Source: Antedon mediterranea (taxonomy: Eukaryota > Animalia > Echinodermata). Taken from it: 64,000 nucleotides of DNA. The position numbers and the translations under genes were made by a program. The stretch covers positions 19,552,101-19,616,100 of the forward strand of contig NC_092677.1 in NCBI RefSeq assembly GCF_964355755.1, in the 5' to 3' direction. Under the pieces are notes generated by a model. The model did no database searches, was not told where the DNA came from, and was given only the letters and a program-made list of their open reading frames with translations. Below, in pieces: positions 50,790-64,000 of the stretch (its first letter is position 1; each line of letters starts with the position of its first letter).

Positions 50790-53700
50790 ATGTCTACAGA
50801 ATTAGGACAAACAATTCTATGTGAATCAAAGTTAAAGAAGCTGTTTGACTTAGTGGAAATGCTAAAATGCTTTCAAGTGGTTTGGTTAGATGAGTATTTA
50901 CAGAGGAAAGATAGGTTTTCAAAAGAAATTGAAGGTCTGTATTTGTATTTACATATAATAAATAAAGTAATTTAAACTCGAGAAAACTAAAGGAAGGAAA
51001 CTATTGATGTTTTGCCATGCTAACCTTCAAAATGTATTTTGTTACATTTGTAAGTGTAATTTTGGAGAGACAAAGACCTTAAAACAGAGTTTCCCCTTGT
51101 GTTAAAACTTAATAAGCAGCGCCTTAGAGACCATAAAGAATGTGGATGATGTGATCTCTCCTTTACAACAACAAGATCAGAACATGGAGGTATAAAAATA
51201 GAAGGAGAGGGGCTCAGAAGACAAGCCTTAGTTATAACGTAGTCCGCCACCTCCCCATATAGCGCAGCATGTTACACAATGTTAACCGCGACTTATGCGC
51301 AGTGTGCCTTTGCGTAGTCGCTTCCTAGTCGCGTTCTCAGTCACTGCGCATGCCTCCTGATATCGGCGACGTGACGTCACGTGCTTGTTTACTCTGCATG
51401 CAGAGGAGATAAATTGCCTGCTTTACTTTACAGCAATGATTATTTTTCTAGCCTATTATTATAATATTAATTATGCAAAGACTACTCCGGCCCTAGCCTA
51501 AAACTATAGGCCTAGTCACGGTTTCGTAATTGAATACCTCCCCATCCATTGTCAACAAACCCGCGAAAATATGCCTAATGTATTTCGTCAATATCTTGGC
51601 CGGCAATCATCGGCAGCCCAGCAACTAAGAAGAATGTAAAGTAATAACCATGTGTTCTTCACACAAAACTACAGCTGTATGACGACGTTTATTAATATTT
51701 TATCGTAAATAAATTGCATAAACAGCAAGTAAAATACAATAACAACTATAATGAGAGCCTGATAAAATTTGCTTAAAATGTCATGTAAACGTGTTTGGTA
51801 TCAATATTTAAAGATTTTTTAAGCGGGAAGCAAACATTTGATTGCGCAACAATTATAACACAAACAATAGCACTGCGCATGCCAAAAGTATATAGTATGT
51901 GTTTGTTTAAGTGTATATTTGAGGGTCTCACCTCCTGTATAATAGAGGGCTGACTAAAGGCGGCGACAGAGCTTAGTAACAAAGTTCGCGCAGCGCGCTG
52001 TCGACACAAGGCTTTGACTTTGGAAATACCATGGCGACATCCTGTTAACGCGCTACAATACATTCGAGCTCTCTCCTTCTATTTTCAATTCAATTTAAAA
52101 TTCTTTAATCATCCCACACGGGGCAATTCAAGTAAAAAGGTCTGGATTAAAATGATCTTACAAAATATACAAAATATCACAATACACAGTACAATATAAC
52201 ATTTTTATACCTCCATGATCACAATAATGGCAATCTCCAGTTGCAAATTTGCTTTGATGAAAAAAGATGAAATTTCTAAATTAAATGCTGATGCAGACTC
52301 GTTTAACTACCGCTTGAGTGAAAACAGAATGTCATATTTCACAAATATAAAAACATTCATCACAGTGGCGGATCTAGGTGGAGTGAATAGGGTGGCTAGC
52401 CACCCCCCGTAATTCTAAAAAAAAAAAGATGCAACCAACACGCGAGCGTCGCTAGATGTGGATTGGATGCATCTGATTCTTTTAATTAAGAAGAGTAGGC
52501 TAGAGCTAGGGTTAGCATTATAGTTACATTATTTAAATAGGCTAACATAGTGAAAGAGCTAGGAGTTTAATTACTACAGTATTTATGAATTCAAGAGTTT
52601 AAAAAGAAAATTCGATTTAAAATCTTGCTGGTATGTTATTTTTAAAGGACAACTTTAACCATAGAGTACTAAGTTTGACAATGTATTAGGGATGTACATG
52701 GTGAGAACAATTGCGAGATTTCCAATTTTCCCACACATGCTCGTTCACCGTCATGAATTGGCTGATGGATTGGTTGATCAGGTTATACAATTATTCATTG
52801 CCTAAATTAGCCACTGGTTAGTCTGTTATTTGAAGAAATATAATAATCCAGATAGGCTAAATGTTTACGATTTATTTTTTTAAATGTGAGTATTTTATAT
52901 AATATATTTTAATCTGTTATAGCCCTTCAGAATGAAAGGTAACTTTCCTGTTTACAACTTTGTGTAGAAGCTTTTGAATTGTAGATATGAATTCATGTAA
53001 AAATGGGTTGGATGTTGACGTTACACATTACCAGTTGAATTAAACAGTACTAGCAGTAAACCGTGCTCCTCACAGTTTTTCTAGCTTAATATGTGGTTAT
53101 TATACTAATTCGCATAGGAGGTGAAAGTATAATAAAAACGTACGCTTCCCTGAGAAAAGTACTCTGACAAATTATTAAAAAACAAATCAAGAATAAAATT
53201 CCGAACTATTTACGGCCATTGCTTTTGTTATAAACAAAGTATTCCTTCACTTTAAAATATCTGAAAGTAATATTGGTGATGGAACTTGGGATAGCAACGA
53301 ATAGGAAGGCAAAAAGTAGATGAGAGGGTAATATGTCAATCAATCAGTACCAGTTTATAATATGATTTGGTATTATAGAAATAAGATGTGAAGTATTGGA
53401 ATAATACAGACTTGAAATCAACACAACAAAAAGGTGCACATGGTGGTGGTATTCAAAATTAGATGATGCGCACAGACACTGACGAAAGTATAAAATACCA
53501 AACTATATATTTTGGGTGTTTTTTCATGGTGTACAGTAGTGTTATATTTTGTTTTGTTTTTTCCTTTTGCTTTGTTTTTAATTATGCTCAGAAATAAAAG
53601 TGAATGAAAAATACATTGCAGTGGAAAAACATTGTTAATTAATTGTTTTCGTAATTGTGGTAAGTTGCTTTAATATTCAATAATATTACAAACCATTTAG

Positions 53701-56700
53701 ATTCATTTTGTTTGTATAATTTTATTCATTTACATTTAAAAAACATTTTTGTGGTTTTGATATTTTTTTGCAACTTTTGTAATTACACATTGTGGTCTAA
53801 TTTGGATTTTTTGGTAATACTTTTGTTTACACATATCGCAGATTCGAACTCGAACGTACTAAGCATTGATATCAATGGCCACTGCGTTTTAATTACTGAG
53901 ACAAACGCAAATCATTCTGTTCAAAGGATAGGTATAATTAATTAAAACATCAACAACGCGATCATTTGATATGGTTGACCGGCTGCCGAGACTAAACACT
54001 TTTGGGGCAACACCGTTAATTTCATACTATGTACCTTCTGGCTCCCATTTCATCATATATTATATAAATAATGAATGTTTATGAGTGTAATGGTACAAAT
54101 AATGGCATGAGGTGAATGATGAAAGGATATCAACGAGGCAACGCTGAGTTGATATTTAACCATTCATCATTCACCAAATGCCATTATTTGTACCATTATA
54201 CGAATATAAAACATTCATTATTTGTTCTTTCTTCAGATATAATGGTTTATTATATCAATTATTTTTGTTTAACAATCAGTAGTAAACATTTTGTGTAAAT
54301 ATAGTCTGGCCTACTATACAGAACAAAAACTAAACTACAGCATATGTAGGCCTACATATTCCAGGGTAGGAGCATGGACCTATCTAATTTATAGGTCCAT
54401 GTTAGGAGCATTAATTACTCCCTAATTTGACCCGGCCCACATGTATATACAGTAGGCTACCTAGCTAGGGATAACGATGCAACATTAAAAGTTTTAAATA
54501 GCATACATTGCCTGTTAATATTTTGTATCAATATTAAAATAAAGAAAGAATTATGAAAATCTGACTTGTAGTTTTCAAAATATATAGTCCAAAACATGGC
54601 CGAAAATAATCATTTATAGCCATAAACGAAGTAAATAAATTGTAGGCAATTGTATGAACTTAAAATTGGTAGTGCTGCGGAGACAATTTTGTTTACTTAA
54701 TGTATATTTTTTGTACAGCTCCTTTTACTGTGTATATTTCCCATGTTTTTTGTAATCATTAATGATTTTTACTAAAGGAAAACTTCCTTCATATTTAAGA
54801 GACCTTGCTCTTCTTGGCAAGTCTTTGTCAAAGCTATTTTCAAACCTAAATTCTCCTTTTTTTCATCATTCGTCTGCTGAAAATATATTGTGCCTGATTG
54901 GTCCAATTGAAGTAGTGATGAAAAATTTTCGCCATAAATCCTAATAACCATTTTATATCAATTCATTTTTCTTTAAGGTTTTATTTGCACAAAGGCTGGT
55001 TTAATTGATAAGCAATTTTTGGATCATCTTCCCAATCTGAAGGTCGTGAGTATATGTTCAGCTGGATTTGAAGGACTAGATGTATCCATGCTTCATAGAT
55101 TAAACATCCGAGTTTCCAATGTCCCTCACCTAGTTTCAGAATCAACGGCCGATCTAACATTTGCATTGATACTTGCAACTGCAAGGCAACTTCGAAAAAG
55201 TATGTAATCTTTTTATTATGTTGATTATTGAATATTTGATGATGTATTACTTTTTGTACATTTATACTTCACTTTAAATTTCTGCCACTGAAAAAAATTA
55301 TCTGCACTTTATGAAAGGTAAATTAACATACTAACTGTATGATATTGATAGTTTACAAATAATATCAAGTGTTTTGCATCCAGTCAAACACAAATTGAAT
55401 AGGCACAACAAATGGACTTTTGGATGAGTGTCCGTTTACGGGAGATGTGTCCTCTAATACAAGAAGTAAACATTTTGTTTTTTGCTAGATATTCAGAGTT
55501 CTCAGCATCCTGATTTGGAAGTCAGAATGTCGCCACAATTCACCTCATTAGGCACAGACGTGACAGGTGCTACCCTGGGCATTCTTGGAATGGGTAGCAT
55601 AGGTTATTGTGTAGCTATGAGAGCAACTGGCTTCAGAATGAACACTTTTTACTACAACCGAAACAGAAGGTACTATATTTCACTTGTTGTATACAGTAAA
55701 GCCTTAATAAGGAGCTACTTTCTTAATAGGGATGATAGAGATACAGTAATTGTAAAGCTGATGTATGCCATCCTATGACCTGAAGCATACGTTTATAGTG
55801 TTGAATTGTGTGTCTATATTATATAGATAACAGCTTTCATAATAAGTTAAAAACATGAAGCTAACAATAACAGTTTGACATGCACATGTGTCATTTCATG
55901 AGAAAGATAATTACTGTACCGAAGAAATAACATAATCAAGATTCTCTCTGTTGAATGTGATGATGATCTATAATGAAAGTAAAAAAAAATCCTACTCTTT
56001 AAATTTAGTTGGTGATACAATAGTGTCAACCGTTTGTAGCACTAATGTACATAAATTTGATGGCTTCCATAATTTAACTAAACAAGAAACATTGAATCAT
56101 GTACATTACCGTTGACCTGAAGTCTATGTGTATTGTGGCTTGGTGGTTATGATGGCTTGGCTACCACTCCAAGGGTTCTGGGTTCAACACCCATCACATG
56201 TCAGGATTTTTTCTAAGGTACAAAATTACAACTCTACTCCCAAAGACTTATAATTGAAATTGTGAATTCATAAAATGGCACCTTGATGACATCATAGCTG
56301 AATGATCATGTTGAAAAGTCACTTATGACCAGTTTTATTTGTAAGTTATTGTGAAAATTTGAAAATCAATGATAGCATTTTTTTTTATATAATCAGTACA
56401 CAAAATCTGTGGAGAAATAAACAAAGATTTATAACAGGTGGAAAAAATTAATATGAAAAATTGTTCATTACTTGATGTAGCGACAGCTAGCACTGTCGGT
56501 GAGATGGAACCGCCACCAGGCTCTTGCTGAATTAACTCTTATGCCAAATCGCATACAGCTTTCTCTCCAACCGGGTTTTTGTTGATGTTCTTAACTCTGC
56601 CAATTTCGATTGAAATCCTATCTTTCAGTAAAAGGGGATTGTGGACGAGTGCCATGAAGCCTGGGGCAGGGTCTGTGCAGATTTGCTGATGTATAAACAA

Positions 56701-59013
56701 CCGTTAATGTAGAACAATCCATCGCTAATGTAGTAAAACCAGCTAATGTAGAAACACCAACAGCTTATGCATTTACTATCACCAGCAAATGAAAAAAAAT
56801 ATGCATTTTACAAACCTATGTCTAAATTTGTGAAAGAAAAAGAGAGTAAAAGTATCACATTTGAGGGACTAGTGCTGTTTTGCTGTACACATGTGTTAAA
56901 GAGTCGCTATCCGGGTTTGAAAAATACTATGAAAGCCCGAGCGGTCTAATGGTGATCAAGCAGAAAATTTCCCGAATATCGTTGGGGCGACAACAGCACT
57001 AGTCCTTCCAATTGTGCGCACATACACCAGAGATCAAATTGATGTAACCCAGGTTTAGTCTTCCTCAATCAATACTTATCTTTTAAATAAACAAATATCT
57101 TGGAGACAAACTAATCAAAGTACATCAAAACAATCTAAATTCGGAAAAACTATTTATTGAGTAAAAGTTAGTATAAATAAATGTTTGGTCACCTTTACCA
57201 TTGTAATAGCACAATGGAAAATTAAAAGATAAACTAAATCACACAGTACAGTCTAAATACTAAAACAACTAAAACAATTCAATACAAACTTAATTTAAAG
57301 GTATTAGATCAGGCATCAAGTCTGCCCAAAATAATGATAAAAGTATGCATATCACTCACCTAAAATAGAGAGCTAATATCCTCATTGAGTGTAATAAAAA
57401 TAACTTCAAAACTTTAAGTGTACAAACTGTACAACGTGTAAATATCACAATCTTCTTTAACTTGAATTGTACTTTAAACTTAGTACTCTTTTAGTATACC
57501 GTATATAATATATGTCTTTCAGTACTTTCAAATAGGTTCTCGACTCAACTCAACATTGTTCGAAATGTAAAAGTACATAAAGTTGAAATTTAATTAAAGT
57601 TGGAGTGTCCAGCACGTCCGATGGCAAGAGGCAAAGAGAAAGAAATCTCCCAAAACATACCCTAATGTCATCCAAAATTGTCAAACAAGGTTTACCCCTA
57701 TTGGTCCATTCGTGTTACTAGGCAAAATTCAAGAGGGGTAAATTGACCAATTGGTCAATTCCCAAATTTAGGACCTCCCATTTAAATAGATAAACATGTA
57801 AGAAGATTAAAACAGAACAAAGAGAATTCTTAAAAGGATTAATTAACAAAATGATTAAAACATATGCAGTTCCAAGGAAAAGCAATATATAAATGCAAAC
57901 ATCTTAATGCTATATTGATAAACAATTTTGCCCACCCACACAAAATTGTGTACCTGCATTACATTGTAGGTACATTGGAAAATAATAAAAAGTAAAGAAA
58001 AAGGAAACATGTCTAAAACATGACAGGGTTACATCGATATGTCCTCATCTTTCAGTATTTTATTCACGAAGTGGGATCTCCAAAAAAATACTTTTATATA
58101 TAAACAGAATAAATTATAAACCACCCGGTGATATTCTAAAATTTAATTAAATAATTTGAAACAATAAAGATGAAGAAATCTGTGGGAATGAGAAAAAGTT
58201 GCCCCAACCGATGGGTGTAAGGTTGATCTTTTTAGGTGAAAAATTTCAATTTCAGTTTTAGTTCTAGTCATGTTATGGTTTGTAAGAGCTTGCATTTTTT
58301 GGGGGCTTGTGCTGTGAAATCTGTAATTTTCCCAAATACTGAATTGTCTTATTTCTTCAAAGCACCATGATATTCGACATTTTGTTTCGTCCCCAAAAAA
58401 GTTTATGCTGCATAAAACAAAATATTTAAAACAAACTTTTCTCAAAGCTTACCAAACTATTAAGTGTTTATGAAAACTTGTTCCTTCCTACAGGCCTAAA
58501 TTAGATGAAGATTGTGTTAATGCTAAATATTGTCGCAGTTTAGATGAACTATTAAAGCTCTCTCAATTTCTTGTGATCTCGGTCCCACTCACCCAGGAGA
58601 CCGAAAATATGATTGGTCATAGAGAACTGGCTCTTATGAAGCCATCTTCCATACTCATCAATGTTTCAAGAGGTATGTATATTATGTCTAAAACCAACCA
58701 CAGCTATTTTTTGCTTTTGCTCCAATGAATAGCTACTGTGTAACTAAAAATGTTCTCTCTCTTGGTAGGGTGTGTTGTTGACACCAGTGCTTTAGTAGAA
58801 GCTTTAAATGATGGAAAAATTTCAGCTGCAGGGTTAGATGTCACCGAACCAGAACCTCTGCCATATGATCACCCTCTTGTGCATATGGATAATGTTATAC
58901 TGTCTGGTCACTCAGGTGCAGCAACAGTGGAGGTTCGCAAACAAATATTTAAACAATCATTAGAAAACTTGAAAGCTGGATTCACTTCTGGGCCAATGAA
59001 CAATGAACTCTGA
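50790..59013 (+). CDS. D-isomer-specific 2-hydroxyacid dehydrogenase (glyoxylate/hydroxypyruvate reductase or 2-ketogluconate reductase-like), 323 aa
   Basis: Exons 50790-50934, 54978-55199, 55489-55669, 58494-58672, 58769-59013 (972 nt, phases consistent). Motifs [31 protein letters not shown], Rossmann [21 protein letters not shown] (Arg), [11 protein letters not shown] (Glu), SGHSGA (His). An acceptor (tttag, 50773-50777) just before the ATG implies an upstream non-coding exon. Confidence 0.9.
51195..52085. mobile_element. MITE-like element in dehydrogenase intron
   Basis: aaaatagaaggagaggggctc ... gagctctctccttctatttt imperfect TIR enclosing a CpG-richer interior. Confidence 0.5.
54373..54401. 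mobile_element. Collapsed TIR pair, probable P-element excision footprint
   Basis: gtaggag|catggacctat-ctaattt-ataggtccatg|ttaggag; 11-bp perfect IR with CA..TG ends, near-perfect 7-bp flanking duplication. Confidence 0.5.
56136..56210 (+). mobile_element. Decayed tRNA-derived SINE head
   Basis: A-box-like tggcttggtgg and B-box-like ggttcaacacc followed by a T run; no convincing cloverleaf. Confidence 0.35.
57043..58033. mobile_element. Probable solo LTR (~990 bp)
   Basis: ttga|tgtaaccc ... gggttaca|tcga; 8-bp TG..CA inverted termini, 4-bp flanks differ by one base. Confidence 0.45.
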
Positions 59014-59299
59014 ACTCGACTTCTTGATAAAACTGTTTGTATTTGGAATCTGTATGTTCTTAAAGATCCAAGCCTAATCCTGATTTACATCTGTGCATGG
59101 TGTTTTGGTCATCTTTGTTGAAAAAGAACACATGTTCATAGGCAAATCAATAATATAAATAATAAATACCTTTCTTGGACATAATCATCACTTTATTACA
59201 AGATTGCTAACTCAGAAACACATACACACACCTCCAGTAATTGAAAACATTGTACGTAAACGCAACATTAGTGATTCCGGAAACTTAAAAGATTATGAA

Positions 59300-60180
59300 T
59301 ATAACGAAACACACGTACTGCTTGAATATTTCTCAAGAAGAAAAAATAGTATCACAAGAACAAACAATAAATTTATTACAATCAAAAATAAAGATAGAAA
59401 GGAATATAGTTCAAAGAAAAGAAAAGAAGCTTAAATCATTATCTAATCTACTTCAAGAGTTAAAAAAAAAAAATAAAATAAATAATGAAATTAGCAACAT
59501 CCTTAAAAAGACGTTGGAGTTAATTAAAATGTTGCGAAAAATCAAAACCTGTATAACCATGGAAAGGAAAACGATACTCAGAGATCGCAAAAGAATTTTT
59601 AGTTACACTTCATTATTTGTCACCCAAGGCTTACAATTATGTAAGAAAAATTCTGCATCTTCCACATTCTGCCTCTATCAGAAACTGGTGTTGCTCACTG
59701 AATTGTCAACCTTTTTTAACAGAAGTTATCAAGCTTAAACTGTAAGTAGAAAATGGGGAAGTTTGCAGAGATTCCACACTAATAATAGATGGCATACACA
59801 TAAGGAAACAAACCTTATGGGATCCCCAACAACAGCAATACTCAAAGTTTGTGAACTATGGAAATTCAAAGGTAGAGATATCAGAGGCTCTTGTATTATG
59901 GTTGTTGGGCTGAATGGCCGCACCTGGAAATCTGTGGTGGAATACTTTCTGTGCAATAAAATCAATGCTGCTGTCCTGGCACAGTTAGTGTCTGATGCAG
60001 GGTTGACAACTTGTGTGGGATGAAACATATGTCAATCAAGATGCTGCTAAAATCCTTGGTTGTCAAGTAGGAAAAACGTACGAGTTACGAGCTTTGCGCA
60101 TCCTACTGTACTTGTGTTTATATGGTCCATGTGATATTTGATGTTTGCCCTATATGTTAAAATTGCTTCGAAACACAAGT
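59300..60180 (+). pseudogene. Decayed P-element/THAP9-family transposase
   Basis: Frameshifted segments read coiled coil, then KRYSEIAKEFLVTLHYLSPKAYNYVRKILHLPHSASIRNW (~59569-59688), LIIDGIHIRKQTLWD, MVVGLNG..WKSVVEYFL, and VIFDVC/MLKLLRNT, which is the motif order recalled for P-superfamily transposases. Confidence 0.8.
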
Positions 60181-60414
60181 AGTAGATTGTTTGTTTAGCA
60201 CATTAAACCTAAAATTAAAAAAAAAGGAAATATCAAGGATTAAAACAAACAAACATAATGGGGTGGCTAATGTTATTTCATTCACTTTCGAGATTTTACA
60301 TTCACTCACTGTGCATTCCATTTTGATATTTAATGTGTTTTAATACTAATCATACTTTTTCTATCAACAAACACAGTTTGCAGTAAAACATACAATTAAA
60401 ACACATTCTCTAAT

Positions 60415-61325
60415 GATTTTCACGCTGCTGCTTTAGCCAGCTACACCCCAAGAGGACTACTCATTCAGAAGCTATAAGCAAGCAGCATTTATAGTTCTAG
60501 AGGCCGACGTTTTTGATAATTTGTAAACTAGGACAGGTCATGCTACAATTACAAATCCCAAAGCACGTCTGGGAGAAGAGAGTCTATGAACAAATTTGCT
60601 GATAATACAGTATTATACAGATGCATGTAGACAGTAATCTGTAAAATCTTGTTCAATAAATAATGACTTTGTTCTTGCTGTCAACCTAAGCCAATATTAT
60701 AATAATTTACTCTCAAATAATCAAAACATTATTTCTGGTATGATGAGTACAACGTGTCCCATTATCAAAACAGTAAAGTTTTTGTTTGTAATAGGATACA
60801 ATTTGATGAAGTGACCCCCAGACTTGACCTTAGCAATAAAATAAACTAAACTGACAGAAATTGAGTCTGTTTAGTATAATACTAGTAATATTATTTAGAC
60901 ATCATTTTTATTTAAATTATTTAATAAGCACATCATCTACAGATTCAGAATGTTTTATTTTTCAATTTCAATTGCACAATTATGACATCAAAGTATAAAT
61001 TCTTGTTGTATTTGACTTCAAATAAAAAAGTTATTCACTTCTGTAACAAAAATATAATATTTATTCACGTATAAAAAGAGAAAAGAAACGTTTAATTATT
61101 ACCCAAACCATTGTCCGACAGACAATTTAAGTATTTTTTGCTTTGAATTACATTTTTTCTGGTAAATAATTGTTTGGTTAACGTGAATAAATATTATGTG
61201 TCAATAAAATGACACATTCAAAAACAAATTTGAATTAAAAAATATTTTTCAGGGTGACAAAATATCTTTAAAACTGTCAACAAGCGATCAGCGTTTTTTG
61301 TAAGAAATATTTCTTGTTTAAATCC
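60415..61325. repeat. Second, longer copy of the dispersed repeat at 31177-31840 (inverted)
   Basis: gatgaagtgacccccagacttgaccttagcaataaaa, cagacaatttaagta, cagcgttttttgtaagaaatat and other blocks are reverse complements of the 31 kb copy. Confidence 0.7.
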
Positions 61326-61689
61326 GTATCTTATTCAATTTCAGGGCAGATTGGAAGCAATTCACAATTCCTTATGGAGAAAATTGAAACCAGCCAGTTA
61401 AATGGGATTATTTCAAACAGCTTAACATATTACAAGATAAAGAAGGCCTTTATTTAGCAAATAAAATAACATCCAATCACATATAATTACAATGGCAGAT
61501 ACACAAGATGAATGTGAAATTGCATTGATTTTAATATAATGTAATATTATTGATTGTTCCTACGACTCATCACAATGATGACAGTTAATAAAATATTTTT
61601 ACTAATTTATTATTATTATTATGCTGTTTACAACCTGTAACCTGTACCAAAAATTGTACTATAAAATCTTACAAAGGAAAACCAATTGA

Positions 61690-64000
61690 GTGCTCGTTAT
61701 GCCATGGAGGTATAAACCTCCATGGTTATTCCATGGTGCTTATCATCCACAATGTGTTGGATTAACTCACTTGTCTTTTAAACTTTCAAACAATAAATGC
61801 GAAACATCTACTTTAAACAGAAGTAAACTACATCTAAGTACTCAGGGAACCAAGCGTCTTATCAATAACATCAACGATATTCACCAAATAATTGAAATCA
61901 GGAAAACTCATCAAGGTAAGAAGGAATTTCAACCCTGTTTACACCAATCACAAACAGAAAGAAAACAACAAGATGTTACTTTTGTGGAGAAACGAATCAT
62001 GAAGGACTGTAAGCATGGACAGCCAATCAGATGCTGATCCTGCAAGCAACAAGGCCACAAGGAGAATCATAACGTATGTAGACAACATTAGGAATTTGGC
62101 AAAGAAGATGATGCCGTACCCACCATGGGAAGCCATCTGAGCGGTAAAGATACTAATACTAACTTAAGTGTAAATGATGATAATCTACAAATATAAACTA
62201 ACTAATTCTTATGTTATTAACCATTCTTTTAATTTTGATTTATTGTTTGATGAATGTACTGATTGTTTCTCTTGTACTGACAATGCAAATATGGTTCAAC
62301 CTCATAATCATGTTACCTCTGTAAATAATGAGAAACAATATTATGATGATAGTTATGTAAATAAGAACCCAATAGTTCACCCATAAAACGAAAAAGAGTT
62401 AGAAGAGGGAAAAAGAAATCTTCAAAATTGAATTCAAACATCAAAATTGCCTTTCATAATATTAGAGGATATAAAAGTAAGAAAAAGGAAATAAAAGTTA
62501 TATCATCCAACAACAAAATGTGGATATCTTTGGAATGGTTGAAACTTTTCTAAATAATGATGAAGTCATAGAAATTACAATTGGATTGGAAAAAACAGAC
62601 AAAAAGGTGCCAAAAAATCACAAGGGGGAATTGGATTGCTTATAAATAAAAATATTACAATTTTGGAAAATGATCTTTTAAATTCACAATCAGATGACTT
62701 AGAAAGGTGTTGGACAAAGGTACAATTTGGAGGTAACACAGACTTTATATACCATGTTGCAGTTTGTTACTTCCCATGTAAAGGGTCTGATAAATGCCTA
62801 ACTGATGAATTGTATACAGCTCTGCTTTCGGAAATTTTTATAATTAAAGATAATAATGAAGATGCCAAACTCATTATCCTTGGAGATTTTAATGGTAAAG
62901 TAGGTAACATGATTAAAGCGGAGATCCTATTACTAATTATAATGGTCAAGGGTTAATTGACCTTTGTAATAATGGAGAATTAACTATGCTTAACGCCTCT
63001 GACAAATGTGCTGGTACTTTAACTTGGGTACAAAAGAACCTAGCCAGCATACTAGATTACGCCATTGTTTCACAAGAAACCTATGTAGTAACAAAAGAAT
63101 TGTTTATTGATGAATTTGGACTGTATAATTATGGAAGTGATCATAACATGCTTGTAATCACACTAATAGAGAATAATATTTGTAAAACCAGTAAGGTGAC
63201 AAAAACTAACACAAAACATTGGAATATCCCTAAAGATTGGAGTGAGTTTAGTAGTTCAATTAGCAATGACTTTAAGGATTGGGATCCTAGTCGTTTAGAT
63301 GCGAACGATGCTTGGGTAGAGTGGAAAAACGCTAGTTGCAGAGAATATAATTGGCTATAAGAAAACGAGATCAAACAAAAAGATATGGTTTGATAAAGAA
63401 ACAAAATATGCGATAAATCAACGAAGACAATCGTGTCGAGCACATAGATTATATTCTAAGAATAAACATAATATTGATTTTGATATCAATTATTGTAATT
63501 CTCTATGGGAAACATACCAAGAGAAGCGGAAATTCTGTAAATCACTTTTTAAACGCAAAATTATGCAAAAGAAAATATCAAATTGCTAAAAAATTATGGA
63601 TAAAGGAGGACCTCAATCTAAGGAATTTTGGAATGAACTCAAAGGCAAACGACAGAAACAAAATGTTGATTCTATCCTAATACCAGGAACTTCAAGATAT
63701 TCTTCAGACCATGAAGATATGAAAAATTCGCTGAAATTAAACTTCGGCAATATTGCAAAATTTAATACAACTAATAGTAACGATATTCTCCACTCTTCCC
63801 ATGATAATAATAATAGTAACAGTAATGATATTCAGTGTGATCATATTTTAGATGATGTAAATATTTCATTTGATGATGTCTCTTATGCTATATCAAAGGC
63901 AAAAAATAACAAAAGTCCAGGTATTGACTCTATAACAAACGAAATGTTAAAAAACGGAGGTAATCTAATCACATTATCACTCCAAAAATTGTTTACCAGA
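61690..64000 (+). mobile_element. Decayed LINE: ORF1 end, apurinic endonuclease and start of RT; runs off the window
   Basis: ORF1-like LHLSTQGTKRL and zinc-knuckle-like CYFCGETNH / C*SCKQQGH; APE motifs FHNIRG, GGIGLLI, IILGDFNG, LDYAIVS, GSDHNML; pre-RT KNNKSPGIDSITNEMLKNGG; several frameshifts and stops. Confidence 0.85.

Noticed and set aside
52362-55290. hAT element from cagtggcggatc (52362) to gccactg (~55290) capturing dehydrogenase exon 2
   Set aside because: Right-end match is too short and there is no TSD; treated as an orphan left end.

Overview
AT-rich animal genomic DNA with spliceosomal genes; the transposon repertoire suggests a marine invertebrate, possibly an echinoderm (inference only). 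Three host genes were reconstructed by hand with phase-consistent GT-AG introns: (1) the 3' six exons of HEATR3 (+, 869-6345); (2) a complete 10-exon ECI2/PECI (-, 29440-10399; 398 aa, with an N-terminal mitochondrial-type leader, ACBP and crotonase domains, and a C-terminal AKL PTS1); (3) a 5-exon D-2-hydroxyacid dehydrogenase of the glyoxylate/hydroxypyruvate reductase type (+, 50790-59013; 323 aa). The rest is dense with mobile DNA, much of it with readable TIRs and TSDs: Sola2, Academ, Ginger, MULE, hAT, Kolobok and Harbinger-type elements, Helentron-type HINEs, Nin/Deu-domain SINEs, LINE and LTR remnants, and a decayed P/THAP9 transposase. Superfamily assignments rest on terminus/TSD rules and recalled motifs, not on database searches. 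The most unusual object is a ~9.8 kb foldback-like element (32230-42043) between the divergent ECI2 and dehydrogenase genes. It has a 7-bp flanking duplication, matching palindromic ends, and two oppositely oriented arrays of a 106-bp unit. Each unit is a long imperfect hairpin that contains a copy of the element's own end sequence. Also notable: a MULE-like MITE 11 bp upstream of the ECI2 start codon, a candidate minimal hammerhead ribozyme, and a probable P-element excision footprint.
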